Shown piece by piece: positions 1 through 13,226 of a stretch of DNA of 64,000 nucleotides. A program made the translations under genes and the position numbers. The DNA comes from Octopus sinensis. Lineage: Eukaryota. A model generated the notes under the pieces. That model worked only from the letters and a program-made list of their open reading frames with translations, was not told the DNA's origin and made no database searches. Position 1 is the stretch's first letter. Each line of letters starts with the position of its first letter. The stretch covers positions 19,654,001 through 19,718,000 of the forward strand of contig NC_043012.1 in assembly GCF_006345805.1 (NCBI RefSeq), written 5' to 3'.

Positions 1-159
1 AAGTCCCAAAAATAATAACGTGACATTACCATTCAGTTACTCCCTCAGTTTTCAGTTATATATTTTTATATTTCAGGACGGTCTTTCCTTTGTCCTTTTT
101 TTTCTTTGCATATAAACACACGCACTATATATTCATTCAACACTTCTTCATATCTGTTC

Positions 160-440
160 TTATTTTAACTGACATGCATTGTCCGGAAATCCTTCGTCAC
201 ATGTGTGTTATCTGTTCAGTGAAACTTTCCGTCCTCCTGTATGCTCCTGCTTAGTTCATTCTGTCCTGATTTGATTGCATGGTTCGCCCTGCATATGTCT
301 CTATATGTGTGATTGTCTAGAACTTCCATATCGGTTGTTTCTTACGACTGATGTCTTTCCTTTAGGTTGTTACAATCCGGTTTGTCTGATAACACAATAA
401 AAAACATCCGCAACACGTTATCATATTGATCGAAATTTTA
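160..440 (-). mobile_element. Decayed 3' end of a Penelope-like element (GIY-YIG remnant plus decayed hammerhead motif at about 165-205)
   Basis: Minus strand gives broken frames NMITCCGC..YQT and ...KVSLNR*, resembling the PLE endonuclease ITCxGC..YIGQT and C-terminal KPxLN. These are followed by TGACGA-AGGAtttCC-GGACA-ATGCAT-GTC, a degraded HHR layout. Confidence 0.4.
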
Positions 441-740
441 GGGAAAAATTCTCTCTTCTTTTAGAGATTTGTAGATGTTGAAGATTCAGATTTTCTTCTT
501 TAGTCAAATTCTAAAATTTTGTCTTTCCAATTCTTGGCCAATATCATTAATATACGTGGCACTAGAATGTATAGTTTTCAATGTCATGTGTGTTTATGCC
601 TTTTTTAAAGATGCATTATGCTCCTTGGAAGGTTAATTATGTATATATATGTGTGTGTGTGTGAGTGTGTATATGTGTGTGTGTGCGTGTGTGTGTATAG
701 ATTTATGTTTATATTTATATATACACACAGAAAAACACAC

Positions 741-782
741 GACGACGACGACGATGACGATGACGATGACGATGACGACGAC

Positions 783-846
<64 letters not shown>

Positions 847-898
847 TTGATGATGATGATGATGATGATGATGATGACGATGATGATGATGATGATAA
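741..898. repeat. (GAC/GAT)n trinucleotide microsatellite
   Basis: Direct reading; explains the poly-D/poly-M/poly-I ORFs at 618-935. Confidence 0.97.
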
Positions 899-2224
899 TA
901 TTATAATAATGTGTTAACAAACAAGATAAGGACAAATATCCGTCAAATGCAAATACTGTAAGTAAGGAATGGAAAACGTTTTTGAATGTGGACGAAGAAG
1001 TATGTTTCTTCTCCGTCTCTTACTTTCTTTCAATATACTGAATGCTTTGGGTTACGAATTGATGTCGATAGATGAAGGTAAATATATTTTATACTTATAT
1101 ATATTTTCTTAAAATATGGTATATACAACTGAAGATCAGAAAATGTGCTTCTAAATGAAGTTAAATTTTTAATTGATTCATGGAGTTTTTACATTATCGT
1201 GAAACTAGATTTGCATTCACTGCAGTAACTAATAAAATAGACTTCATCTATCACGCCCACTTTCAATATTTTTCGTACCAATCAGAAATGTCCTTTTGAT
1301 TTCATTTTATTTTCATTTTAAAAACAACAGCCATGGAATCCCCAGACGCAACAAAAAATAACGCGCTGGAATTTTGACGAAATAAAAGTGAATTTCTAGT
1401 AAGACTTCTGATGAATGAATTAGTGATGGCAAGTAATTCCCATGTATATATATATACACATATACGAGGTCAACACGCAGTGAGGACTGGCAGGGGCATT
1501 CATGAGGTAGTGTGTCAAGTGACATCACACTGTTTACTTCGCAAGATGCGAATGGTTTTCTTTTATGATCACGTGTATCATGTAAGCTGGGATTTTGTCA
1601 AGGACAGGTAGATGAAACAATGTGCCAATATTAAATTTGTCGTTATATTCAATTTAAGACGTCTACTACAGAGACTTTGAGCCTGCTTCGGTTAGCTTAC
1701 GGCGAGAAGGCCATGTGCGCAATGTTTCGAGTAGCACGGATACTCCAAAAGCATAACATCTCTGGAAGACGATGAGCGATTTGGAAAACATGCTACGAAC
1801 TTCATACCCACAGATGTATTGTGCATCGTGAATTCGGTCCCCCAGGCTAGAGCTGCAATATAGTAAAATTTATGTATACCCCCAAAAAGTATATATATAC
1901 ATATATATATATTCCGAAAAAACTTTTCTTTCCCGAAATGCAATTCGTAAAAGTCTGCCATTTACCGGATGTAATATATATATATAAACTCACCCATGTG
2001 CTTCGTTGATGTTGATCAGTTAGCTGCTCGGCTTAGACGAGGTAGGGTCGTTTATTTATGATACGTTCAGGCTTGCTGATGAATACAGAGGTATGAAATC
2101 ACAGGTGATACAAGTCTATATTTTTAAATGTCTTACTTTGAAAAATTGCATTCGGTGGGATTAGTAAAATTTTTGGTAAAAATGACTAATTGTCCCTCTT
2201 AGCGTGTGGCATGCATGTATAATA

Positions 2225-2241
2225 ATGCCCTCTATATATAA

Positions 2242-2318
<77 letters not shown>

Positions 2319-2347
2319 TACATTCCCACCACCATATATACATGCAA

Positions 2348-2384
<37 letters not shown>

Positions 2385-2445
2385 ATATATATATATATAT
2401 ATTATATATATATGTATAAGTATATATATATATATATATAGTGTG
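2225..2445. repeat. (TA)n compound microsatellite, representative of dozens of (TA)n/(CA)n/(TATG)n tracts across the window
   Basis: Direct reading; source of the IYIYIY/CVCVCV ORFs. Confidence 0.97.
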
Positions 2446-2882
2446 TGTGTGTATTACATACACATACACACACATATAAATATATAAATATATATACTAA
2501 CACGCTCGCATATATATATATGTCAATACAATATTTAGATGCATTGATTACATACACGTTATGGGAGTTTGTGTAGAAGTTTACATCAAACAAAATGTAA
2601 TTGTATTAATTTTGTTAATTATTGGTAAGCAATTACCGTAACTATATCTCCTCAGATGAAATTCTGTATTCGATTGAAACATTAAGTTTTAACACAATAT
2701 GTTAATAAGAATTTAGCGCCAGCCTTTGTTCTATGTGTAGGCAGACTATAAGGCAATTTAAATATATCTGCTGCAATATAGAGAAAGAGAGACCGAAGCT
2801 CATACACATTTGTATATATGCAGACGTATACATACATATATACATACATATGTGTTTGTGTGTGTGTGTATATGCATATATA

Positions 2883-2920
<38 letters not shown>

Positions 2921-2921
2921 T

Positions 2922-2953
<32 letters not shown>

Positions 2954-2974
2954 ATATATATACATGTATATGTA

Positions 2975-3047
<73 letters not shown>

Positions 3048-3339
3048 CATACATACGTAGAATAATTATGATGGTTAGACGCAATTGAAAACCAAGCCGA
3101 AAAGGAGATAATTCACCGACACTAAAATGTGACGAAGGTTTAGAAATAAGAGTCAAATAACACATCAGCCACAGAAAACACAGTTTCTCTTTACTGCAAA
3201 GGGAGTCAACCTCCCCGCCACAAGTGTGTCGAATTAGATTGGCATACCAATTTCACACGAATTATAATGCCCATCGGAACTGCTCACTGAAGTGTGGCTG
3301 ATGAACTTAAGTTCTACCCCATCACTATATATAGATTGA

Positions 3340-3595
3340 ATCTTCACAATCAGTAGTTGATGCCTCAAAATTATAATGTGAAAAATATAAAATATATAAG
3401 GTAGCTTGACACAATTCAAAACCAAAAAGGAAATAATTCACCGTCACTAAACAGTGATGAATGGTGCAGGGAACATCGCTATTTAGTGTCGGCGAATGGC
3501 TTCGTTTTTGATTTTGAATTACATCTGGCGACCCATATATTTTAATATTTTTCATATTACCATTTTGCGGAATCCGCCAGTAATTCCTAAGGAAA
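3340..3595. repeat. Degenerate fold-back (inverted repeat with arms of about 110 bp and a 14-nt loop), old MITE-like element
   Basis: 3413 aattcaaaaccaaaaaggaaataattcaccgtcactaaacagtgatg matches the reverse complement of 3474-3520 (aattcaaaatcaaaaacgaagccattcgccgacactaaatagcgatg). Similarity continues outward. A direct partial copy lies at 3083-3136. Confidence 0.75.
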
Positions 3596-4999
3596 CATCT
3601 GAAGAGTATTCTATTTCTTGCGTAATTCGCACGACAATCTAATGCCAGTCAATTGTCTTGGGGAGATTGTCTCCCATGTCAAGACAGAGAAAATGTTGTT
3701 TCAGTGACTAAAGTATACTTGGACTCATATTTGTAGCAATGCTAGTGCTTCTCGCACTCTTCGTCGAATTTTATATGTATATATATATATATATAGTTGC
3801 AACTTACAGAAAAAGAAAAGAAGAAGGCAGATATATGAACAACAAGGAGGAGTATTAGCTTGACGCTCGGGAGAGTGAGAATGTCCTTTATGTTTGGGGA
3901 CTACGCTTTTCAACAGAAGTGAATATGAAGAAATTAGCTGAGAGACAATAAGAAAACTTGAGGATTTAGCGATTAATCATGTATATACGTTTACATGTAT
4001 GTATGTATGTATGTATGTATGTATGTATGTATGTTTGTATTTATATACGCATTCATTCACGCAGACACTTTAAGCGGTTCTTTATTTTACATATGTATAT
4101 AGAGCATGATGATATTATTCCACTTGAAAAATCGAGTTGCAGAGAAAATCATTTTAATTATATTTGCCAATATTCTTCCATGTATTTACTGTATTTTTAT
4201 AGAACCCTTTTATGAATGTATATTTTATTGATTCCAGGAATTTTGCACAAATTATAAAAAAAAAAAAATTGTATTCAATTATGATTCTGTTATTGTGTTT
4301 CTGGTGTTTCCTTAAATCATCATTTTTCTGACATGAGATGCGTATAAACAAAAAAAAAAAAAAGAAATAATATTTATTTTTCACTCGCACTCACAAATGC
4401 CAGATGCGTATATACACTCATGCAAACGTCTAGCAGAATCTAGCAGCATCTCACTATGCGCAGAGAGGTAACTAATGTGTATTTCTTCACACACATACAC
4501 ACACGCAGGCACGCATGCACGCGCGCATACACCCACACCCACGCAGACACACACACACGCACACATACAAACACAAATGCAACCACATACAATTAAATAG
4601 ACACGCATATACACAACTAAACATATATAAGGATATACGAAGAGAGAATGATCTGTTTACGAATAATCTTCTCTTTGTTCCTCTCTATTTGCATAACTCT
4701 ATATTTACACGTGTACATGTATGTATGTATGTATGTATGTATGTATGTATGTATGTATGTATGTATGTATGCATGTATGTATGTATGTAGGTAGGTATGT
4801 AAGCCTGACATATGAAGCCCAAGTGTGTTTATTTGAATCACTATATCCATGCCAACACACATGGATTTCGCTCATAGTCACTCTATAGCGCACGGATTAG
4901 TCCTCGATAATAAACTTGAGAGTGTAAGTTCAAATAAAGTGAGAGTTATTAAGTTTTTGTATATACAGAATACATCTCTGGATCATACCTTTTTAACTA

Positions 5000-5065
<66 letters not shown>

Positions 5066-5133
5066 TATATATAAAACATTATTGGTGAATTGAAGAAATG
5101 GAGCTGAACGCAGATTGAACAGAAATCGTTTTA

Positions 5134-5222
5134 TTTCATTCTACACGTGTTTCGAAAGGCACAAATACCAAAATCCGATTGAATAATGGGACCATATTGT
5201 GTCTTTCTCTTCAGGAAGAAAA
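5134..5222 (-). ncRNA. Minimal type I hammerhead ribozyme motif, near-intact
   Basis: Minus strand: tttcttc-CTGAAGA-GAAAGACACAA...TTGTGCCTTTC-GAAAC-acgt-GTA-gaatgaaa. Stem II has 10/11 pairs, stem III is the palindrome ACACGTGT, the cleavage triplet is GUA, and stem I has one mismatch. Confidence 0.8.
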
Positions 5223-5745
5223 AAGGAAATCCGTTGGAAAAACAAAAAAGAACAGAGGCAGAGCAAAAAACAATCGAACTGTGCTCCTAAGAGCCCATGG
5301 CGAAACTGTTTATCAGTGTATGTTGAGAACCGGTGGCTGAAGAATTCAACAGGTCAGGCATCGGTCAATCATGTGGGTGAGGTGTGTATATATTTTCTTT
5401 GTGACCGAGAATAAAGTTCTGACTATTTAAAGAATATTGGATGTTTTATAAGGGGCGAGAAAAAATCTACTTAGAGACGTGTGTGTGTGTATACTGTTCT
5501 ATATATGTGTGTGTTGGCGTAGGGGTAGAAAACATTTTTTGTGTACGTGTGTGCGTTTGATCGTTCGGCTGTCAGTGGCTACTGCCGTGATAACCGTTGG
5601 GTGGCAGAAAGAAAAAAATAAGAAATTATATAATATATTATGTTTTATGTGTGTGTGTGAGTGTTCATCTAAGCCTGCCTTGACAAGGAAACCCCCCGCT
5701 GTGAAAAAACAAGCCCGTTTGTCTTACAGGAGTATTTCTTGCAGT

Positions 5746-5793
<48 letters not shown>

Positions 5794-5872
5794 AATAATA
5801 AGGCTGAAAAATTGAATATTAATTATTACATATATATAATATATATTACATATATATATAAGAGGGATGACC

Positions 5873-6127
5873 ACTAAGTGGATATCCATATGCTAGAATT
5901 CGAACCCCTATGGTCTCACCACTAAGACAGCAATGTTCTCCAGAAAATCTAGCAAACGCCAGAACGTAACCTAGAAAGACAAATGAAAAGATACAAAATA
6001 TACAGATTAATCACAAATCTGTTTCGTTGTTACCACAACGTTGTTTGATAAATTTTGGGGAGGACTTTGCTTTCTTTGTGGTGAGACAATAGGGGTTCGA
6101 ATTCTAGCATATGGATGTCCACTTAGT
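5873..6127. repeat. 255-bp fold-back element, arms of about 80 bp (outer 50 bp with 2 mismatches), with a tRNA-like B-box in the arm
   Basis: 5873 actaagtggatatccatatgctagaattcgaacccctatggtctcaccac versus reverse complement of 6078-6127 actaagtggacatccatatgctagaattcgaacccctattgtctcaccac. The arm contains GGTTCGAATTC. Confidence 0.85.
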
Positions 6128-6153
6128 TATATATATGTTATATAATATATATA

Positions 6154-6214
<61 letters not shown>

Positions 6215-6224
6215 TATATATATG

Positions 6225-6500
6225 ATTGTTAAATAGAGCAACAAACGTTAAAGCATGGTAAAAACCTCAAGTCGTATAAACTATTGTTATTGGAAAAAAT
6301 AACAATATTTTATAGGTCTTCAGATGTTTGCCCTGTCTTGATGTTTGTTGACCTCTTTAACAATTATATATCAGCTTCATCGGAAATCTGCAATGGTTCC
6401 ATAACAACGGTCTCGAGGTTTACCTCGGAACTTTAGTAATGTGTTACAGGACTTACCCAGCGCATCTAATCGTTTATATCACCATATTTTGTGTGTGCGT
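6225..6500 (-). mobile_element. Penelope-like terminal fragment with decayed hammerhead motif (about 6312-6390)
   Basis: Minus strand CCGATGAAG...GGCAAACATCTGAAGACCTAT resembles the GGAAACAGCTGTAAGACCTAT motif of the 55-59 kb units; ends in (TA)n. Confidence 0.45.
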
Positions 6501-6724
6501 ATCCTCTCTCTACTGACATTTGTGAGTGCGAGTGAAAAATATATATATATATAGGCGTAGAAGATTTTTTTGCTGAGTTTTTTTTAACTGTTTTCTTCTA
6601 TTGTGACTTTTTTTACTGAACTGCTTACCTTTATTTCTTCTTCCATTTTGTTTCCTTTTGAAATCTCTTTCCTTTTTTGTGAAATATTGTTTTGAACTTT
6701 TTTTTTAATTTTTTAATTTAAAAC

Positions 6725-7690
6725 ATGGCAAAAAATATGGAAAAATGTAGAGTGGGAGATTGTCCCATCTAAGGAGTGGCTCAGACTGCAAGAGGAGAGG
6801 ACGGTGGTGTTGAGAACGTATTCGAATGTTCTCAACACCATTACCGTCTTCTCCAAGTAGTTGATTGAGCAAGAGTTGGCGGAACATCTGCCAGCCATTA
6901 AGTATATCTCTAGGGGAGTCAAACATGCAACGGTGTGGTTGCTGTTTGATACTGCAGAGAAGGCTCACAGCTTTGCAAGCCAGCCCGTTGAGGGTAAACA
7001 AATTCTGTTTCTTCCCACTTATTGTGGGAAAAAAATTGACGAGGGCCTGGGTCTATGGTTTGACACCCGGATTTGAGCCCCAGTAGAGAGAGGATACTAT
7101 CCTTCGGGGTATAGGTGGTAGAAGAGCCAGGCTCCTCAATGACAAATTTTTTACTACGGCTGATTGGGTTAGGTCAAAAGCTGTTTTGACTCTGTGGACC
7201 CAATCAGCCATCTGGTTATGCCTGACTTTTTGAAAATGGCCGGGTATAGGTACCCGCTGATTCTTGAGGGTCGCCACTCCCCATGAATCATTGGCCATAT
7301 AAAGAAAAAATCTCCTCAGGAACAGAGGAAAGTCCTGGAGCAGTCAATTGAGACCTCTGTAGAAGAAGGCACGAAGGCGACTGAGGAGACGGAAGACTCC
7401 TCAGGGAAGGGCCGCAAGAGGAAGAAGGTAAGCAACAATGGTTCCTCCCCGAAGGATCCTAGGTATGAGGGAGGAGAGATGAATCTCTCGGTTACGGAGA
7501 TGCATCGTCCCTCAGTTGAGTGGAAAAAATAGGATGAGAAACAGGACATTGCCGGCAGTCGGTGAAATAGCATTGGAATGTCCCGGAACCTTGCCGGTAG
7601 GGGTTGTGCCACCGGCAGGGGAAGATACACCGTTGGGGGAATTGTGCCTGAAGTAAGAGGTTCAATACCTCGCTTTGTCGTTTTCTGTGA
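6725..7690 (+). mobile_element. Disrupted ORF1 (nucleic-acid-binding, L1/Tx1-like) of a non-LTR retrotransposon
   Basis: EWEIVPSKEWLRLQEERTVVLRTYSNVL...FDTAEKAHSFASQPVEGKQILF with stops/frameshifts. Followed by a decayed zinc-knuckle context YPLILEGRHSP*..GHIKKKSP and an acidic/basic tail. About 50% identical in protein to 8276-8560. Confidence 0.65.
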
Positions 7691-8275
7691 AAAAACAAGA
7701 AGAGAATAATGTTTTAGAGAAGCAATGGATCGGCGGGCGCTTCTTTTCTCCTATTAATATCATCGTTATCATCATTCTCCTCATCAATGTCTTTGTCCAG
7801 ACCGCAAGCTAATCTGTATCGTTCAGTTATGGCAAAATGTTTGAAATAAAGTAGCTTGCTTACTGGCAATTTGCCTGACAGTGGTCGTGCTTAAAGCCTC
7901 ACTTAGTTGTGAGAAGTTTGTTTTGGGAAGCGTATCCCTTCTGAAAATTGTGTTATTTTAACTGCTATTTTCTCATTGGTATTTCTGACTGTTTTTCTGC
8001 CTGTGGATTACCATTTTGGCCGGGAATACCGGGACGGCCAGGAAAATTACTGGTTTTTGTGTCTCACTTAATTGTGAGAAACCAAAATCGAAATTTTGTG
8101 TTGCGACGGATCACTGTGGATTACCTGAGTAGCAGAATTGTGTTGCCATTTGGACTGTCTTCCTTCGTTCTGTTTCTCTTCTCTGTCTTTCCATTCTTTC
8201 TTGTGTTTATTATTGACTTTAATTTGATTTTTGAACTTTTGTGTTGGACATTTTACATCTTATTTTTTCTTGAAT

Positions 8276-8560
8276 ATGGCAACAAAAAATACTGATTTGG
8301 AGTGGCAAATATTGGCCCCCAAACAATGGTTGCAAAACTTTTCTGAGAACACGGTGGTGTTAAGAACCTATTCCAAGGTTCTTGGCACCATCTCTGTGTT
8401 CTCACAGACTGGCATTAAAAAAGAGTTGGCAGGGTACCTGCCAACGATTAAGTTTACCCAAAGAGGTGATAAATACGCGACAGTGTGTGTGTTGTTTAAC
8501 ACCCCTGCGAAGGCTCGTGATTTCGCGAGTAGACCATTAGAAGGGGAGAAAATTTTGTTT
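8276..8560 (+). mobile_element. Second, diverged ORF1 N-terminus (open frame MATKNTDLEWQ...PLEGEKILF) cut off by a (CA)/(TA) microsatellite; probable 5' UTR from about 7870
   Basis: Aligns by eye with the 6725 copy (EWQILAPKQWL..TVVLRTYSKVL..FNTPAKARDFASRPLEGEKILF). Confidence 0.65.
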
Positions 8561-11500
8561 CACACACACACACACGTATATATATATATATACATATACA
8601 TACATAAATACACATATAGATATATACATGTATATATTATATTATTTACTATTTACTATTTAATTGAAAGCGACGCACCCATTTCCAAGTATGTGTGCGT
8701 ATATATATATATGTATATTCGTGTGTCTGTGTGTATGTATGTATATATATACACACGACCGCTAAAACCACATGTTTCTTTTTATATATTCTTTCTCTTT
8801 AAATTTTCTCGTATTCCTTTCAGTTGAAGAGTGTCAAAGTAATACACCTCCATGTTGTTCATACATTCGTCTTCGCCTTTTGTGTTTCTGTAAATTTCAA
8901 CTATATATATATATAGTAATATAGTTTTGTAATGTACTTTTGTAAATGTACTTCTTGAGCGTTTGCTTCTATTGGTGTATACTTCTGTTTATTTGCTATT
9001 CATGTGTACATGTCCGCTATTATGTATGTACGCATAAACTGTATATTTTATAAAAGAACATACGAACACTCGCCTTCACACAGACATGGCCACGCAACAC
9101 AAATACACACACACTTGTCGAGCGACGTTAATCTCTGACGTTTGTATTCAGGTTTATGTTTGTGTGATTATATTTATCACGTGTTATTCTGACCGCCCGA
9201 ACAATACTGATAAATCAACTAAAATCTAGGGTGTTATTTCATTGTAACGCCCATTTTCACCAACGCTGTCTTATAGCTAATGCAATAGTAAATGCATTGA
9301 AGCATTAATTGACCCAATGTACACCAACCAATGGTTTATGACTATTTAGAAATCCAGACGTAGCTAAGAGCAAACTCTGATACAAATTAAAATGGTGTTA
9401 CAATAAGAATAAAACACATTGATTTTGTGCAGGTGAACGTAACATTTCACCGCAGGGAACTTAATCGTTATTTTAGCTTATGAAAGCAATAACTGAATCA
9501 AGTTTTGTGGAAGGGAGGGAAACATATTAACAATATTGATCATAAAATTTGCTGTAAAATGAATAAATAAAATACTGACTTATCTATGAATGGTCCATTT
9601 GATTTCAAACATAATGCTAAACATTCTAATGTACTATCTGCTTGCAACCATGTACGTTGCATTCTGGGGGTGAATTATGGGAATTATTAATATATTGAGA
9701 ATATGATATATGATAATTAACTTATGTTACTATCTATCTATCTATCTATCTACCGATTGTTCCTTCTCATTTTCTCTCTCTCTCTTTCTCACTTTTACAC
9801 TCGATCTATGCATTTATAGACACACACAAACACACATACGCACACACAAGGCCATATATGCTGTATGAAACTTTATTAATAAAAACGCCTATGATGTGAA
9901 TAAATCTCCACTCTCCTCTTGGTTTTGAATTTACTGTTGGAACATCGACAGATCAGTAATGTAACATGAAGATACATGAAGTTACGTATTATACCGAAAT
10001 GTTGAAACTTTCACTTTTGTAATGCGTGCAGAAATACATGCCGGCCACAATCGTTCTTCTTCAAATATTTGTGCCCTGTAGGATAATATTAAACATGGGT
10101 AATCACTCCCACATTATTCATTAATACTTTACTCCACCCACCTCTCATTCATTGATCCTTCTACATTTTCAATTCCTTACCTTTTCATATTTTTCCTTCC
10201 TTCTGTCTCTCCTTCTGCTCATCCTAAACTATTTACAAAGTAATTTCCTTGACACTTCCCTCCTCCTTCTATCCCTTTATTATGCAAATCCTTTTTAAGA
10301 CGTTGTTATATGTTAACAGAAGAAAAGACCTTTCTTTTTTGTAATGTGTTATGCATCATTACAAAACTAAGCACCAATATTCAACTTTCGATGACAATAT
10401 TACGCGCAAAATCACTTTCACTGGATTAAGATGATATGAGCTTGATATGATGCACACTTGAAATTATCCTGGAGACCATAATAAGTATTTAGAACTTAAC
10501 CGTAAATAAAGATTAAATTTATTGAAGACCAATATACTTAATCGGTGTTAACATAAAGATACTGTCTAAAGTTTTGTATTTGAAAGACATCACGAAAAAA
10601 ATAACTGCACTAATAATGACTTCGTATCTTCGTATGGGGAAATTACATCCAAGCCAAGCATACGTACGATTCCATTTGCAACTTCTTCTAAATGTAGGAT
10701 TTTTAGTTTTCAAATGCGGTTTTTGTTAGTGTGTACATGCTGCATACCTGCATCTGCAAAGCATACTATCCAAGAAATTTATGCATTTGTATTCGGATGG
10801 ATTACCTCGCACTGTTTTGCACACGGTGCTAAAGACTATGCCAACCCACCGCGTAATATATATCTTTATAATATCCCGTTTTCTCTTGAAATATATTACG
10901 GCATGACGACTTATTTTGGGAAGAAACATTTGCATCTGTCAAAATTGAATCAAGAAAATTAAATATGTATCTACCTGTTTCTCAAACCAAATTAACAATT
11001 CTTCAAACAATCTTGATTCAATAAGTATGGTTTATACCCCACAGCGATTAATGATATTATTTCATAATAAGTCCATAATATTTCCCAACATTGTGGAAGT
11101 TTATTCAATAGTTATAATTTAATTTTATTAATCATGTCTAATCCACTAGCGGTAGTTAGTTTGCATTTAAGACCTCATAAATATTTGCAAATTTGGATTA
11201 AAATACGATAATGTAACGTGAGTAAAAATGAATAGCAACAATTTCAACAAATATTATCCAAATATATTTTATTGACGGAAACTCTTAAATATCCACTGTG
11301 AAATTATATGAAATTATGCTTAATAAAAGAAAGATCTTTACACGACATGGGGGAAGGAAACTATCACATCATGTCTACTATTTAGAGGCCACGTACACAT
11401 TCTATAAATATACACACTCAACATTGAAAAACATGGTTCGTAATGTAAATGTATTATATAACACACATTATTCCTGTTCCGTGTGCTTATCGAATACTTT

Positions 11501-12767
11501 ATTGAACAAACTCTACCGGTTGTAATTTATTTACAACAGAACACATCAACGATAATTGCAAACAAAGTATAGAATTAGAGTGAATATACTAATATATTAT
11601 TAAAACACAAATCAATTAAGTTGCAGATCTTCAGCAACATAAAATACTGCCTAAAACTTCATGGTGATTGTTTTACAATATTTCCCGGATCAAATATTCA
11701 AAACACACAAGCGATAACTATCATATATCATCACGATTTAATTAGAGTTCATGAGACTGGTCTATTACAGTAGGAATTGACACAGGTTTCTCTATTATTT
11801 TAATCATGAAGAATGCAATTGTTTATTGAGAAGGATTATATATTAAGTTGTCTGCGATGGAATGCAAATTCCGTTTAGATTAAACAAAGAAGTTCTCTGA
11901 AATAAAAACAAGATAAATGTATAAATAGAAACTTAAAACTTGGTAACCATAAACAAAGGTAAATAAACCTAAGCTTAATAAAATTTGTAGCAGAAAATAT
12001 TCCTAAACGTGGATTGAGTTCAGATGCATTATTTCAGACAGACAGATACACAGGAGCTGTAATATGGAAGATTGTTACAGAATGTTCAGGTGCTAAACAA
12101 TCTTATGGCGTGGTTGCATAGTTAAAACTATTCACTTTGTTAATATAGAGCCACGTTAGGCATTGAACTTGCAACTAATCGTGAAGGTGACTAACAACAC
12201 ATGAGTGATATTTGAACTGCAAAAATTTATCACACACACACACACACATATATTCATACATACATATGTGTGTGTGAGGAAAACAACAATCATTGTTATG
12301 CCACACATAGTTAGAATTTTTCCGTATGTTTCATTCAACTCGGAGTTCATACATCATCGCCATTCCTTCTTTCGTATTTTACAGTCATCTTCTTCACAAA
12401 CATTCTGCATGTTCTTCCTGAAAAAAAAATATTCCATTTTCAATTCTTTTTACATATTTCCCATGCGAAGGCTTCACTGAATTTTGTTATGCCATAACAT
12501 TCTGCACCTCAAATTGAGTTTACATAGAAGTTTTCTACTGCTCATTCTACTAAGTTCTTTCTCTGTCTACCATCCATTACAGCTTGGCCGTTATATTTGT
12601 ACAGGTATGGCTGATCGTGCGTGTCTCTTTGTGCGCACATAGACAATGTCCATTGATTTTTCATAAGTTTATAAAATATTGAGAGAAAATGGAGAGCTTA
12701 TCTAATGTTTGCCTAAAAATAAAAGTAAAAACTATCGTTTTTTCACTGATTTCCTTTTTTTCATACA

Positions 12768-12945
12768 CTTGTTTCATTCAGTTGACTCCGAACATGCGGC
12801 CAACAAATCCATCTCAGGACTTATTCTTTGTAAGCGTAGTGCTTATTCTATTGGCCTCTTTGCCGAACCGCTAACTTACGGGGGCGTAAAAACACCAACA
12901 TCTGTTGTCAAGCGATGGTAGGGGGAAAGCAGAGACACACAGACA
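12768..12945 (-). mobile_element. 3' part of the abundant tRNA-derived SINE with an internal microsatellite (family A)
   Basis: Matches 33061-33245 (ttgccgaaccgctaa...acaccagcatcggttgtcaagc). Confidence 0.85.
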
Positions 12946-12988
12946 TACATACACTCACACACCTACGCATATATATATATATACATAC

Positions 12989-13046
<58 letters not shown>

Positions 13047-13226
13047 CAAAATTAGAGAATGGAGAAACATACTTAAATCAATAAAACATCAACTATCCGA
13101 TGATACCCAATCAATACTTTAATACACCATTACCTATGAGTAAAGGCATTATATAAAATATACAGTAATAGTAAAAAGACAAAGAGATATAAGTAAAAAA
13201 TTTCAAATATAATATGTAATTAAATC

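Noticed and set aside
618-935. Poly-D/poly-M/poly-I ORFs, and all IYIY, CVCV, YLSI, HHHH, NNNN ORFs in the track
   Set aside because: Translations of microsatellites that lack stop codons in some frames; no coding signal.
10570-10962. Stop-free frame of about 130 codons (includes MRFLLVCTCC...)
   Set aside because: No recognisable domain or splice signals; open frames of this length occur by chance.
12573-12606. Possible 22-nt micro-exon encoding LGRYICT (Ig-like GxYxC)
   Set aside because: Too short to support, weak donor, and no partner exons found.
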